Shown: one piece after another, positions 1 to 9,909 of the stretch | Layout of the letters: each line of letters begins with the position of its first letter | Numbering within the stretch: the first letter of the stretch is position 1 | Assembly (NCBI GenBank): GCA_965223505.1 | Contig: CBDCWP010000034.1 | Span: forward strand, 96,001-160,000 | DNA from: Planctomycetota bacterium | Lineage (GTDB): Bacteria > Planctomycetota > PLA2 > JAEUHO01 | Direction of reading: 5' to 3' | DNA: 64,000 bases | The notes under the pieces: model-generated | The model's database searches: none | Seen by the model: the letters and a program-made list of their open reading frames with translations, nothing else | What the model was told of the DNA's origin: nothing | Translations under genes and position numbers: made by a program

Positions 1-460
1 CGACCTCTTCGCCGAGCAGCTCGCGTCGCACGTCGTCGCCGACCCTCGAAGTCAACAACAGTCGACTCTCATCCGCCAGCGCCATGACGCGGCTCGCCAG
101 CTGCACCGCCCATCCCTCGTAGTCGACTCGCTTCGTCGCGTTCGGATCCGAGGACCGGGTCTCCATCACGGTACCGAGATCCATGCCGATCCTCACCGGT
201 GGCAGGTCCGGCTCGCGTGCGTGTCGCTGAAGGAGTTCGAGGCCGAACAGCACGGCTCCCTTGGGCACGCCGAACACCAGGAAGAATCCGTCGCCGGCGA
301 CGTCCACGATCTCGCCGCCATGGCGTCCCTGGAGCTCTTGAACGATGTCCTTGTGCCGTTGCGTGCGTCGGCGCGCCTCGGTCGCCCCGAGCGTGCGATG
401 CAGGTCAACCCACCCGACCAGGTCGGTGAACACGCATGTCAGCACCCGCTCGTTGCTCAT
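1..460 (-). CDS. Class III adenylate/guanylate cyclase-domain protein, N-terminal part (runs off the window start; not in ORF track)
   Basis: Manual translation from ATG at 460: MSNERVLTCVFTDLVGW...GGEIVDVAGDGFFLVF...PPVRIGMDLG...YEGWAVQLASRVMALA, with the FTD, GDG, RIG and G..V..ASR cyclase motifs; no stop before base 1. Confidence 0.8.
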   Translation of the reverse strand, partial: MSNERVLTCVFTDLVGWVDLHRTLGATEARRRTQRHKDIVQELQGRHGGEIVDVAGDGFFLVFGVPKGAVLFGLELLQRHAREPDLPPVRIGMDLGTVMETRSSDPNATKRVDYEGWAVQLASRVMALADESRLLLTSRVGDDVRRELLGEEV

Positions 461-765
461 TCTCGATTTCCCGTGCACGGACGCGGGGCCGAATCAGTGT
501 GCATCGAATGTATCAACGCCCGGCCCGTGCTTGCAACCGCACGGATCCTCGCGGCTGTCGAGCGAGCCCGACCACGGCTGCTGAACCGCGGATCGAAGCG
601 CGTCGTACTTGCGTCCCCCGCGGTCGTTCGCCGCGATGGATCGCATGACCGACGACGACCTCGTCTACGAGCGGCCCCGCGACTGACGACGCACCTCGGG
701 CCCGGCGCACGCGCTGCAGCATTCGTTGCAAATTGGTTGCGGGGCGCCCAATCAGACGCTGCTCA

Positions 766-851
766 CGCGTTGGGCAGCCACAAGGGCTGCCCCTACAGGT
801 TGCGCGGTCGGGCGCGTCGCGTTGGGCAGCCACAAGGGCTGCCCCTACAGG
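766..851 (-). repeat. Two identical 34-bp direct repeats (766-799, 818-851), GTAG-family REP-like palindromes
   Basis: cgcgttgggcagccacaagggctgcccctacagg twice, 52 bp apart; the minus strand reads GTAG followed by the imperfect palindrome GGGCAGCC-CTTGT-GGCTGCCC; intergenic. Confidence 0.8.
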
Positions 852-986
852 CACGCCCTTTGCGCCTAGGCACCCGTAACGGGTCGAAACCCCGCTATTT
901 GTCCTCGCCCGAGGACAGAGGCCGCGCGGGGGATGTCCTCACCCGAGGACGACGGCCGCACTCGGTTCGTCCGGAAAGGAGAGGCC

Positions 987-1868
987 ATGAAACGGGTCCT
1001 CTCAACCCTGTTTGCCACGCTCCTGATCCTCGGCGGATTCAACACGCTCGCCGCCTTCGCGAAACAAGCCGCGCCCGAAGAGCTGGTCGAGGCACACGAG
1101 GATCTCGCGCAGCTCAAACGCATGCTCGGCACCAAGAAGTCCAAGTCGCACGAGCTCGTCGCGTACGTCACCGTCGTTCGCACCGCCCACGAGAACGCCG
1201 AAGGGCCGGAACGTGACGTCGCGTCCTTTCGGCGCGCCGCCGAAGCGCAGCTGGTTCGCGCGCTCACCAAAGCGCGTGTACGGAACGATCGTAATCAGCT
1301 GACCGATGTCAACATCGCCGCCGCGAAGGCGCTCACGAAGCTCGCGCCGACACTGGACGACAAGGTGCGTGCCGGCCTGGCCAAGAAGGTGCGCCGCGCC
1401 GTCGAGGGCCTTCACGACGCGCGCTACGAGGTCGATCCCGAGCGCATCGAAGTGACCTTCGTCGCCGCTGCTCGTCTGGGGGACGTGCGCACACTGGCCT
1501 GGTTGCTCGATGAGTACAGCCACACCAAGAACAACGAGGCGGCGTTCCTCGTCGCCGCCCATCAGGCGATGGTGCTCTTTCCGGCCGAGCAGGTCCCCGG
1601 CACCCAGCGGCATGCCATCGTGAAGAAGTTCAAGGAGCGCTACAGCGGCGTCGAGTCGCTCGCCAAGCAGAACACCAATACGCCCGCGGCGCGCGCGGCG
1701 AAGCGGCTGTGGGATCGCATCCGCACCCACGTCGTCAAGGTGCTGCAGCACTTCTCCGGTACGCCCACGAACGAGAGTGGCGTAGCGCTCTCGACCGTCG
1801 ATGAGTTCGAGCGGTGGTTCCGCGAGCACAAGAGCGCGCGCAAGGCGCCCTGGGTGGACGACGAGTAG
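987..1868 (+). CDS. Secreted alpha-helical (HEAT-like) hypothetical protein
   Basis: AAGGAGAG RBS before ATG 987; signal peptide MKRVLSTLFATLLILGG; helical Ala/Leu-rich body; C-terminal LQHFSG...FERWFREHK resembles the end of the 7606-8415 protein. Confidence 0.7.
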   Translation: MKRVLSTLFATLLILGGFNTLAAFAKQAAPEELVEAHEDLAQLKRMLGTKKSKSHELVAYVTVVRTAHENAEGPERDVASFRRAAEAQLVRALTKARVRNDRNQLTDVNIAAAKALTKLAPTLDDKVRAGLAKKVRRAVEGLHDARYEVDPERIEVTFVAAARLGDVRTLAWLLDEYSHTKNNEAAFLVAAHQAMVLFPAEQVPGTQRHAIVKKFKERYSGVESLAKQNTNTPAARAAKRLWDRIRTHVVKVLQHFSGTPTNESGVALSTVDEFERWFREHKSARKAPWVDDE

Positions 1869-1929
1869 CGCCGCGCGACTCGAACACCCCCTGAGTCGCT
1901 TGCCGCCGTAGGACGGTCTGTTTCCTCGT

Positions 1930-4206
1930 TCAGTCCGCGTCTTCGATGGCGTCGAGTGCTTCCTGCACCCAACGCCGCGCGGTGGACTCCTCTTTGGGTT
2001 GCGCCGCGCGAATCTGCTTCTCGTACGGCTTCAGCGACGAGGCATGCCGCCTCAGCTCCCACGCCGCGTTCTGTGCGACATCGTTCTCGGGGTGCGCCAA
2101 CAGCTCGATCCAGGTCTCGATGATCTTCTGTGCGACCTCCGCATCGCCGCGCGTCTGCTTCGAAACGGCGAGGCGAACCAAGGGCTCCGGGTCGTCGAAG
2201 CGCTCGAGTGCCCAGGGACGCCACACCGGATCGGGCTCCTTCGCAAACGCCCGCGCCGACGCGGGACCGACGACCTGCACGCGGCCCGAGACGGCGACCG
2301 TGCTCCAGGACGCGTCGAGCACGCCCCGGCCGCGCTCGCCGGCCGCCACGACCGCATGGGCGACCGCCTCCTGCACCTCGTCGTTCTCGTCGGACAACAG
2401 GTAGACACACCGGTCCGGAACGAACGCACCGACGGCCTTGACGGCGTCGACGTAGGCCGCGAACCCCGTCCACTCCTTGCTCCAGTTCGCGCCCTCGGCG
2501 TACAGCAGCGCCTTGTGCTTGCGCAGCCCCTCGACGAGCGTCGGGAAGGTCGGCGCTGCCGCCGCGCCCGCGCGCGCGATGCCCTTCGCGGCCTCGATGC
2601 GAACCTCGGTGCTCTCGTTGCGCAACGCCTCGATCAGAATGCCGAGCGCCTGCGGGTTGTCGTGGGCGACGAGCAGCCCCGCCGCGCGAACCGCCGCGAT
2701 GCCCTCGAGATCGCCCAGCGCCGACGACAAAGAGGAAAGCGCGCGCGGATCGACGTCCATGTTCTCGAGCGCATGCACGGCTGCGCGCTGTAGCTTCGCG
2801 TCCTTGTCGCTCGCGACCTCGACGAGATGGGCGACTGCCCGGTCGCCGAACGCGACGAGGGCCTTGAGGTTGCGGCTCTCGCCGTAGGAACGCCACTCGG
2901 AGTCGAGCTCGTCCGCGAGCTCCGCCAGCACGATCGGCGTCGCTTCCGCCGCGGCCGGGCCGAGCACCGTCAGCGCGTCGATCGTCGACCACTTCTCCGA
3001 CCAGTCCTTCGAGCGCGCCATCTTCAGCAGCTGCGGCAGCGCTTCGGCCGCCGCCTCCGGAAAGTCGCTCAGCCCCTTTGCGGCCACCTGACGCACCTTC
3101 ACGTGCGGATCGGAGAGCGCGCGCAGGATGTCTCCTGCGACGTCGGGCCCGTACGCGTTCAGAAGGCCCACGGCGCCGGCGCGCATCGACGCCGAGGGGT
3201 GGTCCAGAAGTTCCCGCAGCAGCGCGAGGGTCTCGGGCTTGCCCTTTTCGATGCGCGCGATCGCCGTGAGCGCACTGAGCCTCACCCCGCCGTCGTCGTC
3301 GTTCAGCAGCTCGCGCAGCGTGCCGAGTGCTTCGGGGCCCATCTCCGCGATCGCGCTCTCGAGCTCGTAGCTCCCGTAGTTCTCCTCTTCCCGCAGCGCG
3401 GCGAGGATCGGCGGGAGCGCGCCCGGCCCGAGCTTGCTCAGCGCGTCCTGGATCTCGAACTCGTAGTGGTGCCAGCTCACGGAGATCATCGGGTTCGCCT
3501 CCCGGAACCTCTCGCGGCCCTTCTCGACCTCCTGGATCCATTCGATCAGCGCCGGCGCCAGGTCGACGGCCGCGGGGCCCAGCACCTCGACGATCGGAAG
3601 CAAGGCCAGCCGCACGTCCAGCTCCGCATCGACGTTCGCGACCAACGCCTTCACACGCGCCAGGAACGGGGAGAACGTCTCCTTCGCGTCGTCCGGCAGC
3701 TCCTCCTCGCGGATCGACAGGAAGCCCGACGCGCTCTTGCCGCTGATGCGGCGCAACATCGAGCAGACGAAGTCGTGCTCCTGCGTGGGATCCGCCTCGA
3801 TGAGCGCGAACAGACGCGGCAAGAGGGCGCGGGCTTCGTAGCCCTTCTCGAGCAGCTTCTTTTGCGCCAGCTGCCGCACCCGGCCCGGGTCGTCGGCGCG
3901 AAGCGCCAGCTCGAGCATCTCCTCCAGCGTGAGCTCCCCGGCCTTGATGCGCTCGCGAAGCTTCGCGACGGCGTCGTCCACCTGCGCGGCATCGTCGGTG
4001 TCGAGCGCCGCGATCAACGGCGCAGCCGGCTCGAGCGGCGGCGCGGCGTCACGGCCTTGTCCGGCGAGCCCGGCCGTCGACTCGCTTTCGTCGTCGTCGT
4101 GCTCGTCCGACGCAGCGTCGTCGGCCGGCTTCGGCGTGCCGGCGAACACGAGCCAGCCGCCGACCCCGACGACGGCGATCAAAGCTGCGATTGCGACCCA
4201 GCGCAT
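1930..4206 (-). CDS. Membrane-anchored HEAT-repeat protein
   Basis: Start MRWVAIAALIAVVG after GGGAG RBS; repeated VRxxAxxAL HEAT units (VRLSALTAIA, VRQVAAKGLS, VRIEAAKGIA). Confidence 0.8.
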   Translation of the reverse strand: MRWVAIAALIAVVGVGGWLVFAGTPKPADDAASDEHDDDESESTAGLAGQGRDAAPPLEPAAPLIAALDTDDAAQVDDAVAKLRERIKAGELTLEEMLELALRADDPGRVRQLAQKKLLEKGYEARALLPRLFALIEADPTQEHDFVCSMLRRISGKSASGFLSIREEELPDDAKETFSPFLARVKALVANVDAELDVRLALLPIVEVLGPAAVDLAPALIEWIQEVEKGRERFREANPMISVSWHHYEFEIQDALSKLGPGALPPILAALREEENYGSYELESAIAEMGPEALGTLRELLNDDDGGVRLSALTAIARIEKGKPETLALLRELLDHPSASMRAGAVGLLNAYGPDVAGDILRALSDPHVKVRQVAAKGLSDFPEAAAEALPQLLKMARSKDWSEKWSTIDALTVLGPAAAEATPIVLAELADELDSEWRSYGESRNLKALVAFGDRAVAHLVEVASDKDAKLQRAAVHALENMDVDPRALSSLSSALGDLEGIAAVRAAGLLVAHDNPQALGILIEALRNESTEVRIEAAKGIARAGAAAAPTFPTLVEGLRKHKALLYAEGANWSKEWTGFAAYVDAVKAVGAFVPDRCVYLLSDENDEVQEAVAHAVVAAGERGRGVLDASWSTVAVSGRVQVVGPASARAFAKEPDPVWRPWALERFDDPEPLVRLAVSKQTRGDAEVAQKIIETWIELLAHPENDVAQNAAWELRRHASSLKPYEKQIRAAQPKEESTARRWVQEALDAIEDAD

Positions 4207-4258
4207 CGGCGTCTCCCTCACTGCCACGATACGAAGCCGCGAGGGGGACGGTTCACGA

Positions 4259-5788
4259 CTACTTGCACGGCGACGGCCGCGGTCCCGCCGATCGCGCACT
4301 GCCGACGCCGTAGATCGTGTGACCACGGTCCTCGACGTTCTTGGCCGCCGTCCAGATGCGGTCCCGCAGCCGCTCGACCGCCGCGCAGAACGCGTCGTCG
4401 AGCTTCGCGCCGTCGATGCGGCCCTCGACCGCGAGGTCTTTCTGCTCGCCGGGGTCGGCCTTCAGGTCGTACAGCTCTTCGCGGATCGCGCCGTCCAGCA
4501 GGTCGTACGTGATGATGTACTTCCACGCGTCGGAGCGGGCGCTCGCGATCAGCGCCCGATTGGGTTCCTGCGTGTTGAACTCGTTGAGCTCCTCCTCGGA
4601 CAGCACGACCCTGCCCGTGCCCGTGCCGCGAACGAGCGGCAGGAACGAGCGTCCGTCCACGTCGGGGATCGGCGCGAGCCCCGCCCAGTCGAAGAATGTC
4701 GGCAGCACGTCGATCAGCCCGATGCCGCCCGCGATCGCGCGCCCCGCGTCGAACGGCGCCGGCCCGCTCGCGACCAGCGGAATCCGGATGAGCTCGTCGT
4801 ACATCTGACGGCCGTGCACCAGCATGCCGTGCTCGCCGAACGCCTCGCCGTGGTCCGACGTCACGACGAGCAGCGTGTTTTCGAGCAGGCCCTGCGACTC
4901 CATGTGCCCGATCGACTTCGCCAGCAAGCCGTCCACCCAGCGCACGCCGTCGTAGTAGGCGTCGCGAAGGTCGTCGGCCAGGTCGGGCCGCGGCGCCGCG
5001 GGGTAGCCCGACCACGTGTAGCGCAGCACGTCCTGGGTCACCCGGCGGCCGTACTTGTCGACGAGCGCGTTGCGCCGCTCGCGGTCCAGCATGTAGATGC
5101 GCGTCAGCTCCCACGGCCGCGGATACGACTCCGGCTTGGGCTGCGGCGTCTTGACCGACCACGGCGGCACGGACGGGTGGTTGGCCTCTCCGTACGGGTC
5201 GTGCGCCTCGAACGTGTGAACGAACAGGAAGAACGGCTTGGCGGCGTCGCGCGTGTCGAGCCAGCGATCGAGCCCTTGCTGCAGGCGGGCCAGGCCCAGG
5301 CCTTGCTTGCCGTCACCGAAGCCCTGCAGCATCGATCCGCTCTCGTTGAACCACGGACCGTCGACGAACCCGGCGCACTCGTACCCGTACGTCCTGGTCA
5401 GCACCTCCGCGTACGTGGTGAGCGTGTCGGACAGCTGTGGCTGGAAGACGTCGTCGCAGCGGTGGCGGTGGGGGAGCCGGCCCGTGAGCAGGCTCGCGAT
5501 CGAAGGCACGGTCCACGGCGCGGGCGCGGCGGCGTCGTCGAAGCGCAGGCCTTTCTCTTCGAGAGCCCGCAAGAACGGCATGTTGGCCTCGTCGCCGAGC
5601 TGCCGCTCGAGCGCGTCCGCGCGCAAGGTGTCGATCAGCACGACGATGAGGTTCGGCCGCTCGGCCGGCACCCGGATCACGCCGACGGCTCGTCCGTCGA
5701 CGTCGTAGGTGACCGGCGCCGGCGCAGGCTCGTCACCGCACGCGACGAGGAGCGCCGAGCAGAGGACGAGGACCGTGGCGATGCGCAT
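4259..5788 (-). CDS. Sulfatase/alkaline-phosphatase superfamily lipoprotein
   Basis: Lipobox LVAC; PNLIVVLIDTLRAD, WTVPSIASLLTG, HDPY, SDHGE, ELYDLKADPGE motifs. Confidence 0.88.
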   Translation of the reverse strand: MRIATVLVLCSALLVACGDEPAPAPVTYDVDGRAVGVIRVPAERPNLIVVLIDTLRADALERQLGDEANMPFLRALEEKGLRFDDAAAPAPWTVPSIASLLTGRLPHRHRCDDVFQPQLSDTLTTYAEVLTRTYGYECAGFVDGPWFNESGSMLQGFGDGKQGLGLARLQQGLDRWLDTRDAAKPFFLFVHTFEAHDPYGEANHPSVPPWSVKTPQPKPESYPRPWELTRIYMLDRERRNALVDKYGRRVTQDVLRYTWSGYPAAPRPDLADDLRDAYYDGVRWVDGLLAKSIGHMESQGLLENTLLVVTSDHGEAFGEHGMLVHGRQMYDELIRIPLVASGPAPFDAGRAIAGGIGLIDVLPTFFDWAGLAPIPDVDGRSFLPLVRGTGTGRVVLSEEELNEFNTQEPNRALIASARSDAWKYIITYDLLDGAIREELYDLKADPGEQKDLAVEGRIDGAKLDDAFCAAVERLRDRIWTAAKNVEDRGHTIYGVGSARSAGPRPSPCK

Positions 5789-5836
5789 GCGGCTCGAAGT
5801 CTACGCTGCCACGACGTGGTGGCGAGGTCGTCGGTG

Positions 5837-7561
5837 CTACTTCCACTGCCAGTTCTTCTCGATCGACTTGAACGTCGACTCGAGCTTGTCCTCCGCGTCC
5901 TTGCCGCCGAACTGGAACCGGATGAAGAAGACGCGCTTGCCCTTTGTGACGATCCACCCCTTCTCGACGAAGGGGTGCCCGTTTAGCTCCGCCGTGAACT
6001 CGTAGACGAGCCCCTTGGCCGACGCCCAGAAGCCCGACTTCTTCGGCGGCTCGTCGGCGCCGGTGCTGCTGAGCTTCGCGCCCGATCCCGCGTCGGCCAG
6101 CCACTGCTGCGCGCGCTCGTCGAGCAGATGGATGAGCTTGCGGCCCTGCTCGGTCATCTTCGCCTTCTCGTACACGCGCAGGTCGCAGTACAGGTACGCG
6201 TCACCTTCCTCGGTGCGCGTCTCCAGAGCGAAGCGAATCTCCTCGTCCTGCAGCCCCTCGTCGATCTGGGCCATGTTCTTCGGCTTCCTCACCTTCACGC
6301 CCGGCGCGAGCAGGTTGAAGTGCTTGCCCTTGCGCTTGCCGCGTTCGACGACGTGCGCGGCGACGGGACCGGCAATCGGACCCGCCACGGTCTCGGTGGT
6401 CTTCGGAAAGTGAACGCCCGCGAGAATCTCGTCGATCGGCTTGATGAAGTGCAAGTGACAGTCGCGCTCGCCCCGAACGACCGCCACCCAGCGGTAGAGC
6501 TTCACGTCGAGCGCCACGGCGGTCTCGATGATGGTCGCATACGTGTCCTTGACCTTGCCTGCGACGGTGAGGCGCACACCGGTCGAATTGCCGATGTCGA
6601 GGTCCTTCTCGATCTTCGCGCCGCCCGGAATGCGGGTCTCCATGCGCTCCGCGATGCGGTTCAGCGTCTCGGGATCGTCAGCGAAACTCCGGATGTCGAA
6701 TCCGGGCGGCCGGTCTTGGATCAAGAGCGTGACGGCGCAGTGATTCGGGCCTTCGCGCATCTCCAACTCCAGGAAGTTGCCCGATTTGGCCGTCTCGTCG
6801 GCGATCACCTTCGTGATCGAGAACGCCGAGTCGGTCAGGGTCCAAACGAGGTTCTGCGACGGGAAGGTGATCTTGTCGCCTTCCTTCTTGGGGCCGTTCT
6901 CCGGCCAGCTGTCGGGCGTGCGGGCCGCATCGCCGTCGCCCGACTCCGGCTTGGTGCCGCCTTCGTCGCCTTCGCCCTCATTGCCCTCGTCGTCGTCCGG
7001 CGTGGCGGTCTTGCCGGCGCCTTCGATCAGACGTAGCCCGTCGCGCACCTCGGCGATCTCGTCCTCGTACGTGTTCTGGTGGCCGTACCAGACGCGGACG
7101 TAGAGGGTGTAGAACTTGTCCTTGTAGACGATCGCGTGGGACTGAATGTAGGCCTTGACGCCCGAGACCGTCCCCGTGACCTCGATGGACGTTCCCGGGA
7201 GGCCCGAGAGCACGGCCGCGTTCTTCTCGGCCTTCGTCACCTCCTGCATGCTCGCGCGGGCGTTGCTCAGCATCTCGTCGCCGCGCTCGGCGAGCGTCAA
7301 GCCGCCGGTCGGCCGAACGGAGACGTAGAACGTCGCCTGAATCGAGTTCGAGGCGTGCTTGACCATCGCGAAGTAGCCGGCCGCCTTGGATTGCGGGTCC
7401 GGCTCGGCGAACGTCCAATCCTCGGAGTCCGGAAGCGTCCACCGCAGGTTGTGGCTCTTCCACTCCTTGGTCTCGCCGCCTTCGTCTTCCTCGTCGGCCC
7501 AGACGGCGGGCGCGAGCGCCAGCGTCAATCCGAGCAACAGACACAGATGCAGTAGCCGCAT
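5837..7561 (-). CDS. Secreted hypothetical protein with about three tandem PsbP/DcrB-like domains
   Basis: Signal peptide; GAGGGAG RBS; repeated domain starts NLRWTLP / NLVWTLT and ends such as EIAEVRDGLRL, EILAGVHF, FKSIEKNWQW; acidic linker. Confidence 0.65.
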   Translation of the reverse strand: MRLLHLCLLLGLTLALAPAVWADEEDEGGETKEWKSHNLRWTLPDSEDWTFAEPDPQSKAAGYFAMVKHASNSIQATFYVSVRPTGGLTLAERGDEMLSNARASMQEVTKAEKNAAVLSGLPGTSIEVTGTVSGVKAYIQSHAIVYKDKFYTLYVRVWYGHQNTYEDEIAEVRDGLRLIEGAGKTATPDDDEGNEGEGDEGGTKPESGDGDAARTPDSWPENGPKKEGDKITFPSQNLVWTLTDSAFSITKVIADETAKSGNFLELEMREGPNHCAVTLLIQDRPPGFDIRSFADDPETLNRIAERMETRIPGGAKIEKDLDIGNSTGVRLTVAGKVKDTYATIIETAVALDVKLYRWVAVVRGERDCHLHFIKPIDEILAGVHFPKTTETVAGPIAGPVAAHVVERGKRKGKHFNLLAPGVKVRKPKNMAQIDEGLQDEEIRFALETRTEEGDAYLYCDLRVYEKAKMTEQGRKLIHLLDERAQQWLADAGSGAKLSSTGADEPPKKSGFWASAKGLVYEFTAELNGHPFVEKGWIVTKGKRVFFIRFQFGGKDAEDKLESTFKSIEKNWQWK

Positions 7562-7605
7562 GTCTCTCCCTCATCGACCGCGGCGATTGTAGCGTCCGCC
7601 GCGGA

Positions 7606-8415
7606 TCACTCCTCTTCGTCGGCGAAGAGGTCGTCGAGATCGCTCTTGTACTCCTTCACCATCGCGAACCACTCTTCCGCCGCGTGCAGGTCCCGCCCGG
7701 TGAGCTGATTGAGAATCTTGTGGAGGATGGGCGAGAGCGTGGTCCAGCGACTGCCCGCGCTGCCGTACGACAGCGGCTGGTGCATGTCGGGATCGCGATC
7801 GCCGGGACGCGTTCCGGGACGGTCCTTCTCCGTCGTCTTGACCAGCTCGATCAAGATCTTCTTGCGCTTGTTCTTGATCTTCTTGAATCCTCCGAGCGCC
7901 GTCGCGGCCCGCGCGACGATCGGCAGGGTCTTCGACTTGTGGACGATCTTCAGCAGCGGCTCCACGTAGTCGCTGTGCGGCGCCTTTCCGGCGGTATCGA
8001 CGGCCGTTTGGAGGATCGGGCCCGCTTTCTTGAGGTTGTGCTGCCGCAGATGCGGCTTCACGAATTTGGAGGCGCGCTCGTCGCCCATGGTGCCGAAGCC
8101 GGTCAACGCGGCCTTGAGGACGTCATGGCGCGACTTGCCGACGCACCACTTCGAGATCATCCCCATCAGCTCGACGGCCTGGCCCTTGACCTTGTCGTCG
8201 TCGGCGGCCATCGCCCCGGTGTAGAGCTTCACGACCTCGTTCACGTCGTTCTTGAGCGCGTCCAGATCCTTGTCGACCTGATGCCCCTTGATGATGTCCT
8301 TGAGCGCCGCGGCGCGGTTCGAAAGCTCCTCGTCGGCCGCGGCGGAGCCGGCCACCCCACCGAGCAGCAGCGCGGCGGCGGCCAGCGCGGCACGCCAGGT
8401 CCCGTGTCTCCCCAT
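7606..8415 (-). CDS. Secreted HEAT-like helical protein
   Basis: GGGAGG RBS before ATG 8415; signal peptide ending AAA-DEE; HEAT-like units (ARAATALG). Confidence 0.7.
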   Translation of the reverse strand: MGRHGTWRAALAAAALLLGGVAGSAAADEELSNRAAALKDIIKGHQVDKDLDALKNDVNEVVKLYTGAMAADDDKVKGQAVELMGMISKWCVGKSRHDVLKAALTGFGTMGDERASKFVKPHLRQHNLKKAGPILQTAVDTAGKAPHSDYVEPLLKIVHKSKTLPIVARAATALGGFKKIKNKRKKILIELVKTTEKDRPGTRPGDRDPDMHQPLSYGSAGSRWTTLSPILHKILNQLTGRDLHAAEEWFAMVKEYKSDLDDLFADEEE

Positions 8416-8634
8416 GAACAGTTCCTCCCGCGGCATCGACTTCCCTGACCGTACGTCCGCCCGCCGGGGGTGGGCGGCAGTCGGTTGCGATTTCAGACCA
8501 AGGTCCCGGGGTCGTCGGCGCGACGCTCCCCCTTGGTTTGACGCGCTCGATGACCGGGCGTTTCAGCTTTCTCGCGCGTCCGTCTCGGGACGGGCACGCG
8601 CGTGTCGCCGCCGTCACGCAAGCTATGCCGGGAT

Positions 8635-9885
8635 ATGGGCTACGCCGCATTCCTCCGGGCGAACCTGGGCCTCCTCACCTACGGCTTCGCGCTCACGTTC
8701 TTCTCGAGCTTCGGGCAGACGTACTTCGTCTCGATGTTCGGCGACGCGATCAAGGGGGACTTCGCCCTCGATGACGAGGAGTGGGGCAGGTACTACTCGC
8801 TCGCCACGGTCGCCAGCGGGCTGCTGCTCATCTGGATCGGCCGGACCATCGACCACGTCGATCTGCGTTGGTTCAGCCTCGCCGCGGGGCTCGGCGTCGC
8901 CACGTCGTGCTGCGTCATGGGTCTGATTCACGCGGCCTGGCTGCTTCCGCTGGGCTTCTTCGCCGTGCGCTTCACGGGCCAGGGCCTCATGAGCCACGCC
9001 GCGTTCACCTCGATGGCGCGATACTTCGAGCACGCCCGCGGCAAGGCGACCACCATCGCCGCGCTCGGATTCCCCGTCGGTTCGGCGGTGTTTCCCCTCT
9101 TCGCGGTGTTGCTGCTTTCCCACTTCGAATGGCGCGATGCCTGGCTCCTCTGCGGCCTCGCGCTGTTCGTCGTGCTGCCGGTCGTGGTGCTCACGCTGCT
9201 GCGCGGGCACAAGGCGCGTCACGAGGCGTTGCTCGACAGCATCGCCCGGCCGAGCGAAGACGCGGACCGTCCGGTCGCGAGGCAGTGGACCCGCGCGCAG
9301 GTCCTGCGCGACGCGCGGTTCTACATGATCCTCTCCGCCACGCTGGCGGCGCCGTTCCTGCTGACCGGCTTGATCTTCCACCAGCTCGAGCTCGCCCTGG
9401 CCAAGGGCTGGACGACGGAATGGCTGGCGGGCTGCTTCGTCACCTTCGGTGGCGCGCACTTCGTCGTGTCGCTGGTCATGATCCCGATCATCGAGCGGAT
9501 TGACGAGAGGCGTCTGTTGCCGTTCTGCGTACTGCCGCTCGCGGGCGCGATGCTCACGCTCGCGCTGTTCGATCATCCCGTCTCCGCGATCGTCTACCTC
9601 GGGCTGGGCGGGGCGACGATCGGCGCGACGATCCCCGTTTCGACGAGCCTGTTCGCCGACATGTACGGCGTCCTGCACTACGGCGCGATCCGCTCGATCA
9701 CCACGGCCGCGATGGTGTGGGCGACGGGCGCCGCGCCTTGGGCCATGGGGATCCTGCTCGGATGGGGCATTTCGTTCGAGACGATCGCCTGGGGCGGGTT
9801 CGCGTACGTGATGCTCGGTGTCGCGGCGGCCGCGATCGCGCTGCGCATGAACGTCGCGGATGAAAGCGATCCGGCGAGTCTCTAG
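8635..9885 (+). CDS. MFS transporter
   Basis: About 12 hydrophobic segments; SSFGQTYF, GRTIDHVDLR loop motif, RFTGQG, DMYGVLHYGAIRS. Confidence 0.88.
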   Translation: MGYAAFLRANLGLLTYGFALTFFSSFGQTYFVSMFGDAIKGDFALDDEEWGRYYSLATVASGLLLIWIGRTIDHVDLRWFSLAAGLGVATSCCVMGLIHAAWLLPLGFFAVRFTGQGLMSHAAFTSMARYFEHARGKATTIAALGFPVGSAVFPLFAVLLLSHFEWRDAWLLCGLALFVVLPVVVLTLLRGHKARHEALLDSIARPSEDADRPVARQWTRAQVLRDARFYMILSATLAAPFLLTGLIFHQLELALAKGWTTEWLAGCFVTFGGAHFVVSLVMIPIIERIDERRLLPFCVLPLAGAMLTLALFDHPVSAIVYLGLGGATIGATIPVSTSLFADMYGVLHYGAIRSITTAAMVWATGAAPWAMGILLGWGISFETIAWGGFAYVMLGVAAAAIALRMNVADESDPASL

Positions 9886-9909
9886 AATCGGCTTCTCGGG
9901 AGGCGCGCC

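Noticed and set aside
766..851. Possible mini CRISPR array
   Set aside because: Only two repeats, an 18-bp spacer, no cas genes; GTAG-hairpin structure fits a REP
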